Below, piece by piece: positions 31,997-42,736 of a stretch of 64,000 nt of DNA. A model generated the notes under the pieces. It saw only the letters and a list, made by a program, of their open reading frames with translations, did no database searches and had not been told where the DNA came from. This DNA comes from Candidatus Latescibacterota bacterium (GTDB lineage Bacteria > Latescibacterota > UBA2968 > UBA8231). The translations under genes and the position numbers were made by a program. Where the stretch lies: NCBI GenBank assembly GCA_963422735.1, contig OY730476.1, forward strand, positions 4,512,001-4,576,000, given 5' to 3'. Position 1 is the stretch's first letter, and the number at the start of each line of letters is the position of its first letter.

Positions 31997-33235
31997 ATGC
32001 AAGTTACCCAAATCGAAGTCCACGAGATCGCGCTCGCCTACCACAACTGGATCGCCTATCCGCTCAACCACTACTATGGCCCGGCACGCCGCACGATCTA
32101 CATTGCTCACACCGACGACGGCCGGATTGGCCTCGGCGAGAGCGGGCGCACCGAGCCGCAGGAGACCATCGACCAATACATCGGCAGCAATCCCTTTGGC
32201 TGGATCGGCGACGAGACTTCGCTGGGGTTGGGCACGGCTATGTACGACCTAATGGGGCAGGCCGCTGGCGTCCCCGTCTATAAGCTCTTCGGCCAGAAGT
32301 ATCGGTCGTTTGTGCCCGTGGGAGCTTGGACGGTATCGACCCATCCCCAGCAGATGGCCGAGGCGATAACCCGCTACTCGGCGCAGGGCTACACGTGGCT
32401 GAAGTACCACCTCTCGCCTTTTGAAAACGTCTTTGACCAGACCGAGGCCATGCAGGCGGTCGCGCCACCCGGCTTCAAAATCCACTACGACTTCACCATG
32501 CACGGCACGGACGACCATATGCCCGAACTGGTGGAGAAACTAGCCGAATATCCGATTGCCGGTTGCTTTGAGGACCCTTTGCCGCCCGGGGACATCGAGG
32601 GCTACATCGACCTGCGCAAGCGGGCCAAGCGGCCCATCGTTTTGCACCACTTCCCGCTGGGGGCCACCTATGAGGTGCTGATGGAGCCGGCCGATATCTA
32701 CATGCTCGGGCACGCAAGAATCGGCGACGCCATGCGCCGCGCCGGCTTGTTTGCCGCTGCTGGCAAGCCCTTTATGCTGCAAAATGTCGGCGGTGCCATC
32801 ACCCGCGCCATGGTCGTACACATGATGGCCGCCGCGCCTACGGCGACCTTCCATTGCCACAACGATTGCGAAGTCTGGCAAAGCGACGTGGTAGAAGAGC
32901 GGCTGGACCCGATCAACGGCTTGGTGCGGGTGCCGGAAAAACCTGGGTTGGGGCTGACGTTAGACCGGAGGGAACTGGAGCGGCTGAAAGCGCTAGAACT
33001 GCCCGCACAAGACAGGTGGATCATCAAATCGCGCTTCAAAAACGGCACCCGCATGTACAACATCGCCGATCCGGCCCACTCGATTTTCATGGTGCGGCCC
33101 GACCGCAACCGCCTGATGCCCATGAGCTACGCCGCGCCCATTGAGACCGAGTATTGGGACGACGACGGGACGGAGGAGTACCGAGAGATGTTCGGCCGGA
33201 TTGAGCGCGAGGGGATCGTGCTGGAGCGGGCGTAG
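31997..33235 (+). CDS. Enolase-superfamily protein (mandelate racemase-like)
   Basis: AMYDLMGQAAGVPVYKLFG, KYH, FEDP, PEKPGLG. Confidence 0.85.
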   Translation: MQVTQIEVHEIALAYHNWIAYPLNHYYGPARRTIYIAHTDDGRIGLGESGRTEPQETIDQYIGSNPFGWIGDETSLGLGTAMYDLMGQAAGVPVYKLFGQKYRSFVPVGAWTVSTHPQQMAEAITRYSAQGYTWLKYHLSPFENVFDQTEAMQAVAPPGFKIHYDFTMHGTDDHMPELVEKLAEYPIAGCFEDPLPPGDIEGYIDLRKRAKRPIVLHHFPLGATYEVLMEPADIYMLGHARIGDAMRRAGLFAAAGKPFMLQNVGGAITRAMVVHMMAAAPTATFHCHNDCEVWQSDVVEERLDPINGLVRVPEKPGLGLTLDRRELERLKALELPAQDRWIIKSRFKNGTRMYNIADPAHSIFMVRPDRNRLMPMSYAAPIETEYWDDDGTEEYREMFGRIEREGIVLERA

Positions 33236-33266
33236 GGATTTGGCGACGGCTCGCTAAAAAAGCGAA

Positions 33267-34460
33267 TTACTTCCAACGCGCCCTTACATCGAACTCGATC
33301 AGCTCCTTTTTGGAATTGCGCTTCCTGATGGGGACGCATTCCACGTTGGAGAATCCGAGTTGGGACAACATCTCCGCGTAGATTTGCTCGACGGGGACTA
33401 AGACTCCATAGAACGTTGAATTGCCGACGATGTAGTGAATTCTCGCTCCATTGTTGAGCACGCCGATCAGCGATTGAAAGTGGCTCCACATGTCGCTGAA
33501 GTATTTCGAGACGTAGTTTGCCAAAAGTTGGCCATTCTTATTTTCTGCTTTTCTGATTCCTTCTACTGCATCGCTCAGCAGTTCAGATTGGAACCCATGC
33601 GGTGGAGCCGTCCATTTTCCTAGCCTGCTAGTAGCAACCCCAAGTGCCTCCAATGGCTTCCCAATCCATGTCCCCGGCATCGCGGCCATCCGGTACATGT
33701 ATGGACGAAGCTCGCGGATATACGACATCCGGTTAGCGTACGGAGGCGAAGTAATGACGCAATCGACTAAGCCGGCATCTTTTTTTGCAAGCTGGCGAGA
33801 GTCGGCGAGGTGGACCCGTACGCGGCCCGCCGGATTTTCCCTCGCTCCCCCCAGAACAAAGTTCAGGTTTTTAATAAAAACTCCGCACAAGTCGATATCG
33901 AAATCAAAGGTCGTCTGAATTCCCAACTTAAAGGACATGGACTGGTGATTAAAGGCGGCATTGGAAAGATGGATCAACGTCCGACAGAACGCGGCTAAAA
34001 GCAAAGAACGTTGCTGGGTCTGTTCGGCAAATCTGGCATCTATGGCACCTTTCAGAGCGCAAAGGAAATCGAGTGCGGTAGCGTTCCACCACCGTTCAAT
34101 GTTGTGCATACGCGGTGTCGGCGCACCCGACATCCTGCCGTGGCGAATGTCGTCAGACACCGCATGGCCAAATCACCTGTGTAGAATAAGTGTCGGTCTT
34201 GATGCGACTCAACCAGACCAGAAAGGGGTTGATTTCCACCGCGACTGCAAAGTGACCGCGATACGCCGTGCAGAGAGCGGTCGTCCCGGTCCCGCAAAAT
34301 TGATCTTGGAAATGCCTTCGTAAGCTAGTAGAATTTCGCCGACAATTTTGAGCGAGTAGGCAGGAGTCAGGCGCAGCCAACCATGCCGCCCGGATTCGGC
34401 ATTGTGTTTGTGGGTGTAATCGGCCCTTTGCGCGAGTGAGCGTCGAAGCCTCTCGGTCAT
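33267..34460 (-). pseudogene. Amino (N4-C/N6-A) DNA methyltransferase, frameshifted
   Basis: RHGWLRLTPAYS, DQFCGTGTT (motif I) and ITSPPY (motif IV) lie in different frames. Confidence 0.82.
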
Positions 34461-35200
34461 AGCGACGGCTCCAGCAGTTTGCCCAGAATCGATCCGATTT
34501 CACGTTTCAGGGTGTCCTGATTCCGGCTGAAAAATCCCGCCAAGTCGCAACCGACGACCTCTCGTAGAAAATCGTAGGTTGATGATAAAGGGTCCGATGA
34601 CCCGATTGCACCAGTGAGGATGGACCAATTCCGCGCCCTGTACCGCAACAAGACATCCGAGTCGATCTGCGCGGATAGGATTAAGGCGCAAGGCAGATAG
34701 GCTTGCGCGTAGGCATTCGCAGCGTTTTGCCTCTTGGAGTCCTTGCTTTTGTAACCTTGGCGAATCTCAAAGACGAATCCACGTTTACAAGGCTTGCCGA
34801 GTCCTGCATCCATTGGTGAAAACGCCCACGGGAGGCTTCGTCTTTAAGCTTGTTCAAAATCACCCTCCCGCCGAGGTGTAGCTTCCTCGTCTTGCCACCA
34901 GACGCTGGGAGTTCATAAGACCAGTTCGCTTCTTCTGCGGAAAGCCCTAGGCAATCCTGCAAGATGGTGCGAACCAACTCTTCGCATCCAATCCCGATCT
35001 GCCTGTAAACGCTTGTCATGCCGCCGGCTGCCTTATGTGCGGCGTACATCAACGGATTGTCAAGGCCGAACCAAGAATAGAAGGGATCGCTTCCATAAAG
35101 CGCTTGGAATTAGTCCAACGACAGGCCCTTATCTTTGCTTCCTCGTCCGAATTTTGGCCTGTATTCTGCGGATACTCGAATGCGTTCGAGCACAACATTC
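34457..35200 (-). pseudogene. Type II restriction endonuclease, disrupted
   Basis: YRPKFG...LSLD*FQALYGSDPFYSWFGLDNPLMYAAHKAAGGMTSVYRQIG; FEIRQGYKSKDSKRQN in another frame. Has a nonsense codon and a frameshift, and overlaps the MTase start. Confidence 0.7.
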
Positions 35201-35612
35201 AAGAGTTTTCGCCTTCCTGCTCGCACTCGAATTTGAGTGCCGCCGAGTTCATGCAATAGCGCCGACCGGTCGGCTGGGGGCCATCGGGGAAGACGTGGCC
35301 GAGGTGAGCGTCGCATTGGCTGCACAGCACTTCGGTGCGCACCATGCCGTGGCTCGTGTCGCGTTCCTCGGCGACCTTGTCCGCCGCGACGGGCTGCCAG
35401 AAGCTGGGCCAACCAGACCGCGAATCGTACTTGGTTGCAGAGCTGAATAACTTGCTGCCGCAGCAGACGCAGCGATAGACACCCGACTCCTTGTTGTCGC
35501 AGAGCTCGCCGGTAAAGGCGCGCTCGGTGCCCTTCTGCCGCGTTATATAGTACTGCTCTTGGGTGAGTTCCCGCCGCCACTCAGCGTCGCTTTTGATGTT
35601 TTTTTTATTCAT
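35199..35612 (-). CDS. msrB: Peptide-methionine (R)-S-oxide reductase
   Basis: [31 protein letters not shown]. Confidence 0.97.
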   Translation of the reverse strand: MNKKNIKSDAEWRRELTQEQYYITRQKGTERAFTGELCDNKESGVYRCVCCGSKLFSSATKYDSRSGWPSFWQPVAADKVAEERDTSHGMVRTEVLCSQCDAHLGHVFPDGPQPTGRRYCMNSAALKFECEQEGENS

Positions 35613-35641
35613 CGTAGCATTCCCTTCTCTTGAGATAGTAC

Positions 35642-36115
35642 CTAATCGGCCAACTCGGCGTAGCGCCCGCCAAAGAAGATCAGCGGTGCGCCGCTACCCA
35701 CCTCGCCGGCCACGCATTCGCCGATGAACATGTCGTGGTCGCCCGCGGCCGCGATGTCCACTAGCTTGCAATCGACATAAGCCAAGGCGTCGGCCAAAAT
35801 CGGCGCACCGGTCTGGGCCACTTTTGTCGCCAGATCTGCAAAGTCCTTGGGGCCGCGCTGGGCAAAGCGCACGGAGAGGGCCTCCTGCTCCCGCTTGAGG
35901 ATGTTGATGGCAAAGCCCTCAGCTTTTTGCAACAGGCCGTGCATGGACGCGCTTTTGTCAACTGAGACCACCACCAGCGGCGGCGATAGGGAAAGCGACA
36001 TGACCGCATTCGCCGTCATGCCCCAAAGCTGGCCGTCGCAGCAGGTGGTCACTACGGTGACGCCGGTGGCAAAGCGACCCATAATTTGCCGCTGCAGCAG
36101 AGGATCAAACGCCAT
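35642..36115 (-). CDS. Flavin reductase family protein
   Basis: [20 protein letters not shown]. Confidence 0.92.
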   Translation of the reverse strand: MAFDPLLQRQIMGRFATGVTVVTTCCDGQLWGMTANAVMSLSLSPPLVVVSVDKSASMHGLLQKAEGFAINILKREQEALSVRFAQRGPKDFADLATKVAQTGAPILADALAYVDCKLVDIAAAGDHDMFIGECVAGEVGSGAPLIFFGGRYAELAD

Positions 36116-36133
36116 CGTGCGTTTCCTTTCGTT

Positions 36134-37366
36134 TTAGTTCAGTGCGTTCTGATAGATGCGGGCCGCGTCGTCTGCTTCCACCGCGACCGGATTAGGTTCG
36201 AGCAGGCGCTGTACGCTCAGGGCGCTTTCGACCATCTGCGGAATGTCGGCTGCTCCTATCCCGGCCGCGCTCAGCGAGCCGTATGGGGTGTGCTGCCGCC
36301 GCAGCCCATCGATCCACTCCGCCGCCAACTCGACCCCCTCCTCGCGGCTCTTGCCACCTAGTGCCAGCCCGGCGGCTCCAGCAGCAAAGTAGTATTTGTC
36401 GGCCACGGCCGGGGCGTTGTGCCGCATCACCCCAGGCAAGACGAGGGCCACAGCCGCGCCGTGCGGCACGGGTGCGCCGCGTTCAAAGGACACCTTCTCG
36501 ATCCCGTAGCCGAGCGCGTGGCCAGCCCCGGTGTTGATGGGGCTTAACAGCAGCCCAGCGAGCAGGGCACAGCGCGCCATTTGATAGCGTGCGTCTGGAT
36601 CGCCGCGGACCACGGCTTGCACGTACGCCGGGCCGCCCGCCGCTAGGGCCGCCCGCGCCACGGCGTCGCCGATGGCATTGCTCTTGGTGGAAGCCGTGCA
36701 TTCAAGGGCGTGCCCGAGGGCATCCAAGCCAGTGATCGCGGTCAATAGCGGCGGCAGGTCTTGGTGCAAACGCGGGTCCACCAGCGCGGCTTTGGGCTGT
36801 AAATAGCTGCTGTACACAGCCTTCTTGCCGGTTGCATCGGCGATTACTGCCACCCGGCTGACCTCGCTGCCCGTGCCCGCTGTCGTTGGGATGCCGACGA
36901 GCGGGAAAAGCGGCGGTTTTTCGTACAGGTCGAAGCCAAAGTAATCGGCCACAGAGCCGCCATTTGCAGCAGTGCAGAGCGCGGCCTTGGCCGCGTCCAT
37001 AGTACTGCCCCCGCCCAAGGCAACGGCCACGTCGAAATCCGCAGCCGCCAGCGCGTATGCACAGGCATCGACGCTTTGCACTGAGGGGTTGGGTGCAATT
37101 TCGCTGTACGTGCCTACCACATCTAAGCCGCCGAGGGCTTGGCGGACTAAGCCGACGAGTGGGGCAATGCTTGGATCGTGGATTAGCAGCACCCGGCCCG
37201 CGCCGAGGCGGACGCACTCGTCGGCTAGCTGGGCTAGGGCCCCTGCCCCGAATGCGACTCGCCGGTCGCGGAATTCAAACATTTCTGCTAGTGCTGTACG
37301 CCGACTTTCCGCGGCAAAATAGGTGCTACCCGATAACAACTCTTCGTTGATCTGCACACTGCCCAT
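36134..37366 (-). CDS. Iron-containing alcohol dehydrogenase
   Basis: GGGSTMDAAK, PTTAGTGSE, DALGHALE, HG. Confidence 0.9.
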   Translation of the reverse strand: MGSVQINEELLSGSTYFAAESRRTALAEMFEFRDRRVAFGAGALAQLADECVRLGAGRVLLIHDPSIAPLVGLVRQALGGLDVVGTYSEIAPNPSVQSVDACAYALAAADFDVAVALGGGSTMDAAKAALCTAANGGSVADYFGFDLYEKPPLFPLVGIPTTAGTGSEVSRVAVIADATGKKAVYSSYLQPKAALVDPRLHQDLPPLLTAITGLDALGHALECTASTKSNAIGDAVARAALAAGGPAYVQAVVRGDPDARYQMARCALLAGLLLSPINTGAGHALGYGIEKVSFERGAPVPHGAAVALVLPGVMRHNAPAVADKYYFAAGAAGLALGGKSREEGVELAAEWIDGLRRQHTPYGSLSAAGIGAADIPQMVESALSVQRLLEPNPVAVEADDAARIYQNALN

Positions 37367-37471
37367 TGTGGCCTTCCTCCGTGTGTTGATGCGGCGAATC
37401 GAGCCTTGTTTCGCGCCGGGGATTTGTGCAATATATACACGGAACCGCAGCCCTACAAAAACGGAGCCACC

Positions 37472-38233
37472 ATGACCCAAGACGCCGCCCAGATTTATGC
37501 CGAGCAGGGCTTTCTCACGGGCATCGACCTGTTCAGCGCCAGCGAGATGGATCACTTTCGCGCCTGCTTCGATGCGTTAGAAGCCCGCGAGGGCCGAGAA
37601 AAGTGTCAGATTGGCCTCCAAGCCCGCCATCTCGACGAAGAATTCATCTGGCAAATGGCCACGGACCCGCGCGTCCTCGACGCCATGCAAGAGGTCATGG
37701 GCGTGGACATCATGCTGCTCTCGACGCACTTCTTCTGCAAATACCCCGACCGAGAGGCCAAGCACTTTGTGGCTTGGCATCAAGACGTCACCTACTGGGG
37801 GTTGCAGCCGCCCGAAGCCCACACCGCTTGGGTGGCTGTGGATGCCAGCGATGTGGAAAACGGCTGTATGCGGGTCATCCCCGGCTCGCACAAAAACGGC
37901 ATTGCCACCCACGGCGAGTCGGCCAAAGCCGGCAACCTGCTCAGCATCAATCAAGAGATCCCCGACGAGTTCGTCGATGACAGCCAAGCCGTCGATCTAG
38001 TACTCGCGCCGGGCCAGATATCCATCCACGACGGCCAGATATTCCACGCTAGCAACTCCAATACTTCCAATCGCCGCCGCTGCGGGCTGACACTGCGCTA
38101 TGTCGCCCCGCACGTCGAGCAGATCGAGCTCAACTCGCTGGGCAACAAGTATCCGACCATCTTGGTGCGCGGCGAAGACCGCTACGGCAACTTTCCCGAG
38201 CAGCCCATGCCCTTTGCTCTTTCTTCTCGATAA
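37472..38233 (+). CDS. Phytanoyl-CoA dioxygenase family (Fe/2OG)
   Basis: WHQD, ENGCMRVIPGSH, H..N.SNRRR. Confidence 0.9.
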   Translation: MTQDAAQIYAEQGFLTGIDLFSASEMDHFRACFDALEAREGREKCQIGLQARHLDEEFIWQMATDPRVLDAMQEVMGVDIMLLSTHFFCKYPDREAKHFVAWHQDVTYWGLQPPEAHTAWVAVDASDVENGCMRVIPGSHKNGIATHGESAKAGNLLSINQEIPDEFVDDSQAVDLVLAPGQISIHDGQIFHASNSNTSNRRRCGLTLRYVAPHVEQIELNSLGNKYPTILVRGEDRYGNFPEQPMPFALSSR

Positions 38234-38271
38234 TTAGCACAGCCCCGCCATACACTGTAAAAGGAGATACA

Positions 38272-38955
38272 ATGGCCCAGTACGACCGGATGGCCGTCCT
38301 CAACGCCATCTACGACACGGGTATCGTCCCAGTCTTTTACAACGAGGACCCAGAAACCACCATTCACATCGTCGAAGCCTGCGCCCGAGGGGGTGCCCGC
38401 TGCGCTGAATTCACCAATCGCGGCGATTTGGCCTACCACGTCTTTGCAGAGACCGTGCGCCACGTGATAGCCGAGAAAGTCGAAATCATCATGGGCGTTG
38501 GCTCGATATGCGACGCGCCCACCGCGGCCCTCTATATTGCCAACGGCGCGAATTTCGTCGTCGGCCCCTTGCTCAACAAGGAGGTCGCCCGCCTGTGCAA
38601 TCGCCGCAAAATTGCCTATTCGCCCGGCTGCGGCTCGGTCAGCGAGATCGGCCAGGCCGAAGCGCTAGGCGTCGAGATCGTCAAGGTGTTCCCCGGCAGC
38701 GAAGTCGGCGGTCCGGCCTTCGTCAAATCCGTGCTCGGCCCCTGTCCTTGGACTCGGATCATGCCCACCGGAGGCGTCGATGCCACCCGCGAGAGCCTAG
38801 AGGCGTGGTTTACAGCCGGCGTTGCGGCCGTTGGCGCCGGCTCCAAGCTGATTACCACGGAACTCGTCGCCGCTAAGGACTGGGATGGCTTGGCCGCCAA
38901 GGTCCGCCAGAGCGTCAATTGGATTCGGGAAATCCGCGCTGAGATGGCGGGCTAG
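38272..38955 (+). CDS. eda: KDPG/KHG aldolase
   Basis: EFTNR, GANFVVGP, VKVFP, MPTGGV. Confidence 0.9.
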   Translation: MAQYDRMAVLNAIYDTGIVPVFYNEDPETTIHIVEACARGGARCAEFTNRGDLAYHVFAETVRHVIAEKVEIIMGVGSICDAPTAALYIANGANFVVGPLLNKEVARLCNRRKIAYSPGCGSVSEIGQAEALGVEIVKVFPGSEVGGPAFVKSVLGPCPWTRIMPTGGVDATRESLEAWFTAGVAAVGAGSKLITTELVAAKDWDGLAAKVRQSVNWIREIRAEMAG

Positions 38956-39041
38956 CTCGTGCTAGTGGAATTGCCGGCCGGCTCCGACGAGGATCCCCCG
39001 GCGGAGTTGATCCGCGAAGTGCTGGCGGTCGAGCGCGACTG

Positions 39042-40775
39042 ATGCTGACCAAGCTCACCATTCGCAATTTCAAACGCTTCGGCGCGGTCGAGATCGAGCT
39101 TGGGAGTCCGGTGGTCTTCATCGGCCCCAACAACTCCGGCAAGACCTCGGCCATGCAGGCGCTCGCCTTATGGGATATCGGCCTCAAGCGCTGGAATGAG
39201 AAGCGGTCGGGCAAGAGCGCACCCGAGAAGCGCCCCGGCGTCACTGTCAACCGCCGCGACCTCGTGGCCATTCCGGTTCCCGACGCGAACCTCCTGTGGC
39301 GCGGTCTGCACGTGCGGGACGTGCGGAAGGTCGATGGCCGGCAGCGCACCAGCAACATCCGCATCGACATCACCGTCGAAGGCGTGACCAATGACCAAAG
39401 CTGGACGTGTGGACTGGAGTTCGATTACGCCAACGACGAGTCCTGCTACTGCCGGCCGCTGCGCCGGTCTGATGGCAAGACCCCCGACCGCATGCCGGTG
39501 CCGGACGAAGCTGGAAGCGTCCAGATCGCCTTTCTGCCGCCGATGTCCGGGCTTGCAGCCACGGAAACACGTCTCGATCACGGTGCCGTCAATGTTCGGA
39601 TCGGCGAGGGACGTACCGCCGAAGTGTTGCGCAACCTCTGCTTGCGGATTTGCGAAGAAGAGCCGTCGCGCTGGAGCGAACTCGTCGAGCAGATTGAGAG
39701 CCTGTTCGGGTCCAAACTCCGTCCGCCGCGCTACATTGCCGAACGCGGCGAAATTGCAATGACCTATCGCGAGCATGACGCTGAACTCGATTTGTCGTCT
39801 GCCGGGCGCGGTCTGCAGCAGACCCTGCTCCTTCTTGCATATATGTACGCGAATCCCGGCTCCGTCTTGCTGCTAGACGAGCCTGACGCACACCTAGAGA
39901 TACTTCGCCAGCGCCAGATCTACCGTCTGCTCACCGATGTGGCGCACACCAGTGCCAGCCAGATCATCGCTGCCAGTCACTCCGAAGTGCTGCTCAACGA
40001 AGCCGCGGGCCGGGACTTGGTCGTGGCCTTCGTCGGCCAGCCGCACCGCATTGACGACCGCGGCAGTCAGGTCTTGAAAGCGCTCAGGGAGATCGGGTTT
40101 GATCAGTACTACCAAGCGGAACAGACCGGCTGGGTGCTCTACCTAGAGGGCTCAACAGATCTAGCGATAATGCAAGCTTTTGCGAAACGGCTGAGACACC
40201 AACGTGCGATCGAGGTGCTTGAGCGGCCATTCGTGAAATACGTAGGGAACCAGCTCTCGGCGGTTCAGAACCACTACTACGGCCTGCGGGAGGCTCTCTC
40301 CAAGCTTTGTGGAGTTGCCCTCTTTGATCGCCTCGAGTCAGAGCCACCCGAGAGCTTCCTGGTCGAGTGCCTGATCTGGAAACGCCGAGAGATTGAAAAC
40401 TACGTTTGCTCGCGGGCCACACTCGAAGCATACGCGACGGCATCGGCGTCGGAGAATGCTGCGCCCCTGTTCGCGGCGGCCGAAGTAGAGAAGCGTCAGA
40501 ACGCGATGGGCCAAGCTATCGAGAATGTAGCGTCGGCGCTGAAGACGCTTGGCAAAGGTTCTCCTTGGAGTGCCGACATCAAGGCCAGCGAAGAGTTCCT
40601 AGTCCCGCTTTTTAAGGCCTACTTCGAGACGCTCGGCCTACCCAACCTAATGGACAAGAAAAATTTCTACGAACTGGCTGAACATGTCCCCGACAGCGAG
40701 ATTGATCCCGAGATTAGCGAGAAATTGGACGCAATCGCCCGGGTTGCGGAGAGTGCGACGCTTGCAAGAGACTAG
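39042..40775 (+). CDS. OLD-family-like ABC ATPase with TOPRIM-like C-terminal domain
   Basis: NFKRF, GPNNSGKT, LSSAGRG, LLLDEPDAHL, ASHS; then YLEGSTD, LFD, REIENY. Confidence 0.75.
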   Translation: MLTKLTIRNFKRFGAVEIELGSPVVFIGPNNSGKTSAMQALALWDIGLKRWNEKRSGKSAPEKRPGVTVNRRDLVAIPVPDANLLWRGLHVRDVRKVDGRQRTSNIRIDITVEGVTNDQSWTCGLEFDYANDESCYCRPLRRSDGKTPDRMPVPDEAGSVQIAFLPPMSGLAATETRLDHGAVNVRIGEGRTAEVLRNLCLRICEEEPSRWSELVEQIESLFGSKLRPPRYIAERGEIAMTYREHDAELDLSSAGRGLQQTLLLLAYMYANPGSVLLLDEPDAHLEILRQRQIYRLLTDVAHTSASQIIAASHSEVLLNEAAGRDLVVAFVGQPHRIDDRGSQVLKALREIGFDQYYQAEQTGWVLYLEGSTDLAIMQAFAKRLRHQRAIEVLERPFVKYVGNQLSAVQNHYYGLREALSKLCGVALFDRLESEPPESFLVECLIWKRREIENYVCSRATLEAYATASASENAAPLFAAAEVEKRQNAMGQAIENVASALKTLGKGSPWSADIKASEEFLVPLFKAYFETLGLPNLMDKKNFYELAEHVPDSEIDPEISEKLDAIARVAESATLARD

Positions 40776-40975
40776 GATTGGTCTCTACGCTCTTCGTCTC
40801 GCCGACTTCAAGGTCCTGCCAATTACATGGAAGGTTTAACATCCAAAGACCGAGAGAAGTTTGTCCTTTTATTTTTTGCAGAAATCAGCGATATTCAAAC
40901 CCTGCTGCTTGGTGGATCGGGAGGCGGCGTGGTGATTGCGAGAGGGTTGGCTATTGGCCAGTATAGGAGATCGAC

Positions 40976-42361
40976 ATGATTAGAAAATCGAGTGGCGATG
41001 CATTGCGGGTGGGCGGATTTATTGCGGCCTGCGGCCTCCTAATGGAGGCCACCAAGGTCTATGCCGCGAGTGGCACAGAACTGGAGTTTGCTCTCAACAC
41101 CTTCGCGTTTCTCATCTGGGGTGCGCTCGTAATGTGGATGTGCGCGGGCTTTACCATGCTCGAAGCCGGCTCCGTGCGCACCAAGAATGCCTCCATGATC
41201 TGCCTCAAGAACATCGGGCTTTATTCGATTGCCGGAATCACCTACTACTTGGTCGGCTACAATCTCATGTACGTCGATGTGCAAGAAGGCTGGGTCGGCA
41301 CCCTCAAGTTTCTATACGGGCCTTCGGGCGATGAACTCAAGCTGCTGTCCGGTCAGGCGGCGGCCGCGGCAGATGTGACAAAGACTGGCCATGCGACCAT
41401 GGCGAACTGGTTTTTTCAGATGGTCTTCGTGGCGACTACCGCTTCTATTGTATCGGGCACGCTGGCCGAGCGGGTGAAGCTATGGTCTTTTTTTGCTTTT
41501 ACAGCCGTGTTGACTACAGTCATCTATCCCGTCGTCGGGGCTTGGACTTGGGGCGGCGGTTGGCTCAATGCAATGGGGTTTAAGGATTTCGCCGGCTCTA
41601 CCATCGTGCATTCGACCGGGGGTTGGGCCGCACTCGCCGGCGCACTCGTCGTCGGGGCGCGGTTCGGAAAATTTCGCTCCGACGGTAGCGTCAAGATCAC
41701 GCCGCCTTCCAACACCCCCGCCGTGACTTTGGGCGTCTTCATTTTGTGGCTTGGATGGTTCGGCTTCAACGGCGGCTCGCAGCTCGCGCTGTCGAGCGCG
41801 GCCGATGCCGTCGCCATGAGCCATGTGCTCGTGAATACCAACCTTGCGGCGGCGGCCGGCGTCGTGGCTGCTCTCTTCGTATCGCGGCCCATTTTCGGGC
41901 GCATTGACCTGCTCGCCGTCCTCAACGGTGCGCTCGCCGGGCTCGTCTCCATTACGGCCGGGCCAGATGTTGTCGATCACTACTGGGCGCTCGTAATTGG
42001 TGCCGTGGGCAGCGCGTTGTGCGTCGGCGGGATGCGGTTATTGGAGATCGTCAAGCTAGACGACATAGTAGGCGCGATTCCGGTCCACTTGTTCGCCGGC
42101 ATCTGGGGCACCCTTGCGGTCTGCATTGCAGCCGGTGGCAACTTCGGCGTCCAGCTCATCGGGGTGTTGGCGGTGGGCGCGTTCTCTTTTGCGGCTTCGT
42201 GGCTGTCGTGGTTAGTTCTGGGCAAGATAATGGGAGTGCGGGTGTCGCAGAGCGTTGAAGAGCTTGGCCAAGATACCGCAGAGCTCGGAATCGAAGCGTA
42301 CCCTGAGTTTGTGCTCATGCCCGATCAGGATGACGTTGACCAAATTCAGGGCAATTCTTAA
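40976..42361 (+). CDS. amtB: Ammonium transporter
   Basis: GFTMLEAG, FFQMVF, DFAGSTIVH, WFGFNGGS, DD..GAIPVH (twin His present). Confidence 0.95.
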   Translation: MIRKSSGDALRVGGFIAACGLLMEATKVYAASGTELEFALNTFAFLIWGALVMWMCAGFTMLEAGSVRTKNASMICLKNIGLYSIAGITYYLVGYNLMYVDVQEGWVGTLKFLYGPSGDELKLLSGQAAAAADVTKTGHATMANWFFQMVFVATTASIVSGTLAERVKLWSFFAFTAVLTTVIYPVVGAWTWGGGWLNAMGFKDFAGSTIVHSTGGWAALAGALVVGARFGKFRSDGSVKITPPSNTPAVTLGVFILWLGWFGFNGGSQLALSSAADAVAMSHVLVNTNLAAAAGVVAALFVSRPIFGRIDLLAVLNGALAGLVSITAGPDVVDHYWALVIGAVGSALCVGGMRLLEIVKLDDIVGAIPVHLFAGIWGTLAVCIAAGGNFGVQLIGVLAVGAFSFAASWLSWLVLGKIMGVRVSQSVEELGQDTAELGIEAYPEFVLMPDQDDVDQIQGNS

Positions 42362-42406
42362 CCGGCCAGAGACCGGCGCATACCATTTAGAAAGGTGGGA
42401 GATCAA

Positions 42407-42736
42407 GTGAACACCGAACAGAAGGACAGCGTATTAATCGCCAAGCCCGAAGGCCGTATCGATGGGGTCAATGCCCGCGACTTCCACGATGCCTTAAGCG
42501 AAGCGATCGGCACGGGCAACAACGCGGTGCTCGTCGATTTGGCGGCCATCACCTACATCAGCAGTGCGGGTCTGCGGACATTCCTGCTGATTGCCAAAAC
42601 GCTCCAGCAACGCAGTGCCCAGTTCGCGCTATGTTCGCTTTCGGAGCCGATACGGGAAATCTTCGAAATCAGCGGTTTTGATAAGATCATTGCGATCCAC
42701 GCCTCCGAAGAGGAGGCCCTCGCCGCACTGTCGTAA
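42407..42736 (+). CDS. STAS anti-sigma factor antagonist (RsbV-like)
   Basis: GRIDG, DLAAITYISSAGLR with phosphoacceptor Ser, FEISGF. Confidence 0.9.
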   Translation: MNTEQKDSVLIAKPEGRIDGVNARDFHDALSEAIGTGNNAVLVDLAAITYISSAGLRTFLLIAKTLQQRSAQFALCSLSEPIREIFEISGFDKIIAIHASEEEALAALS

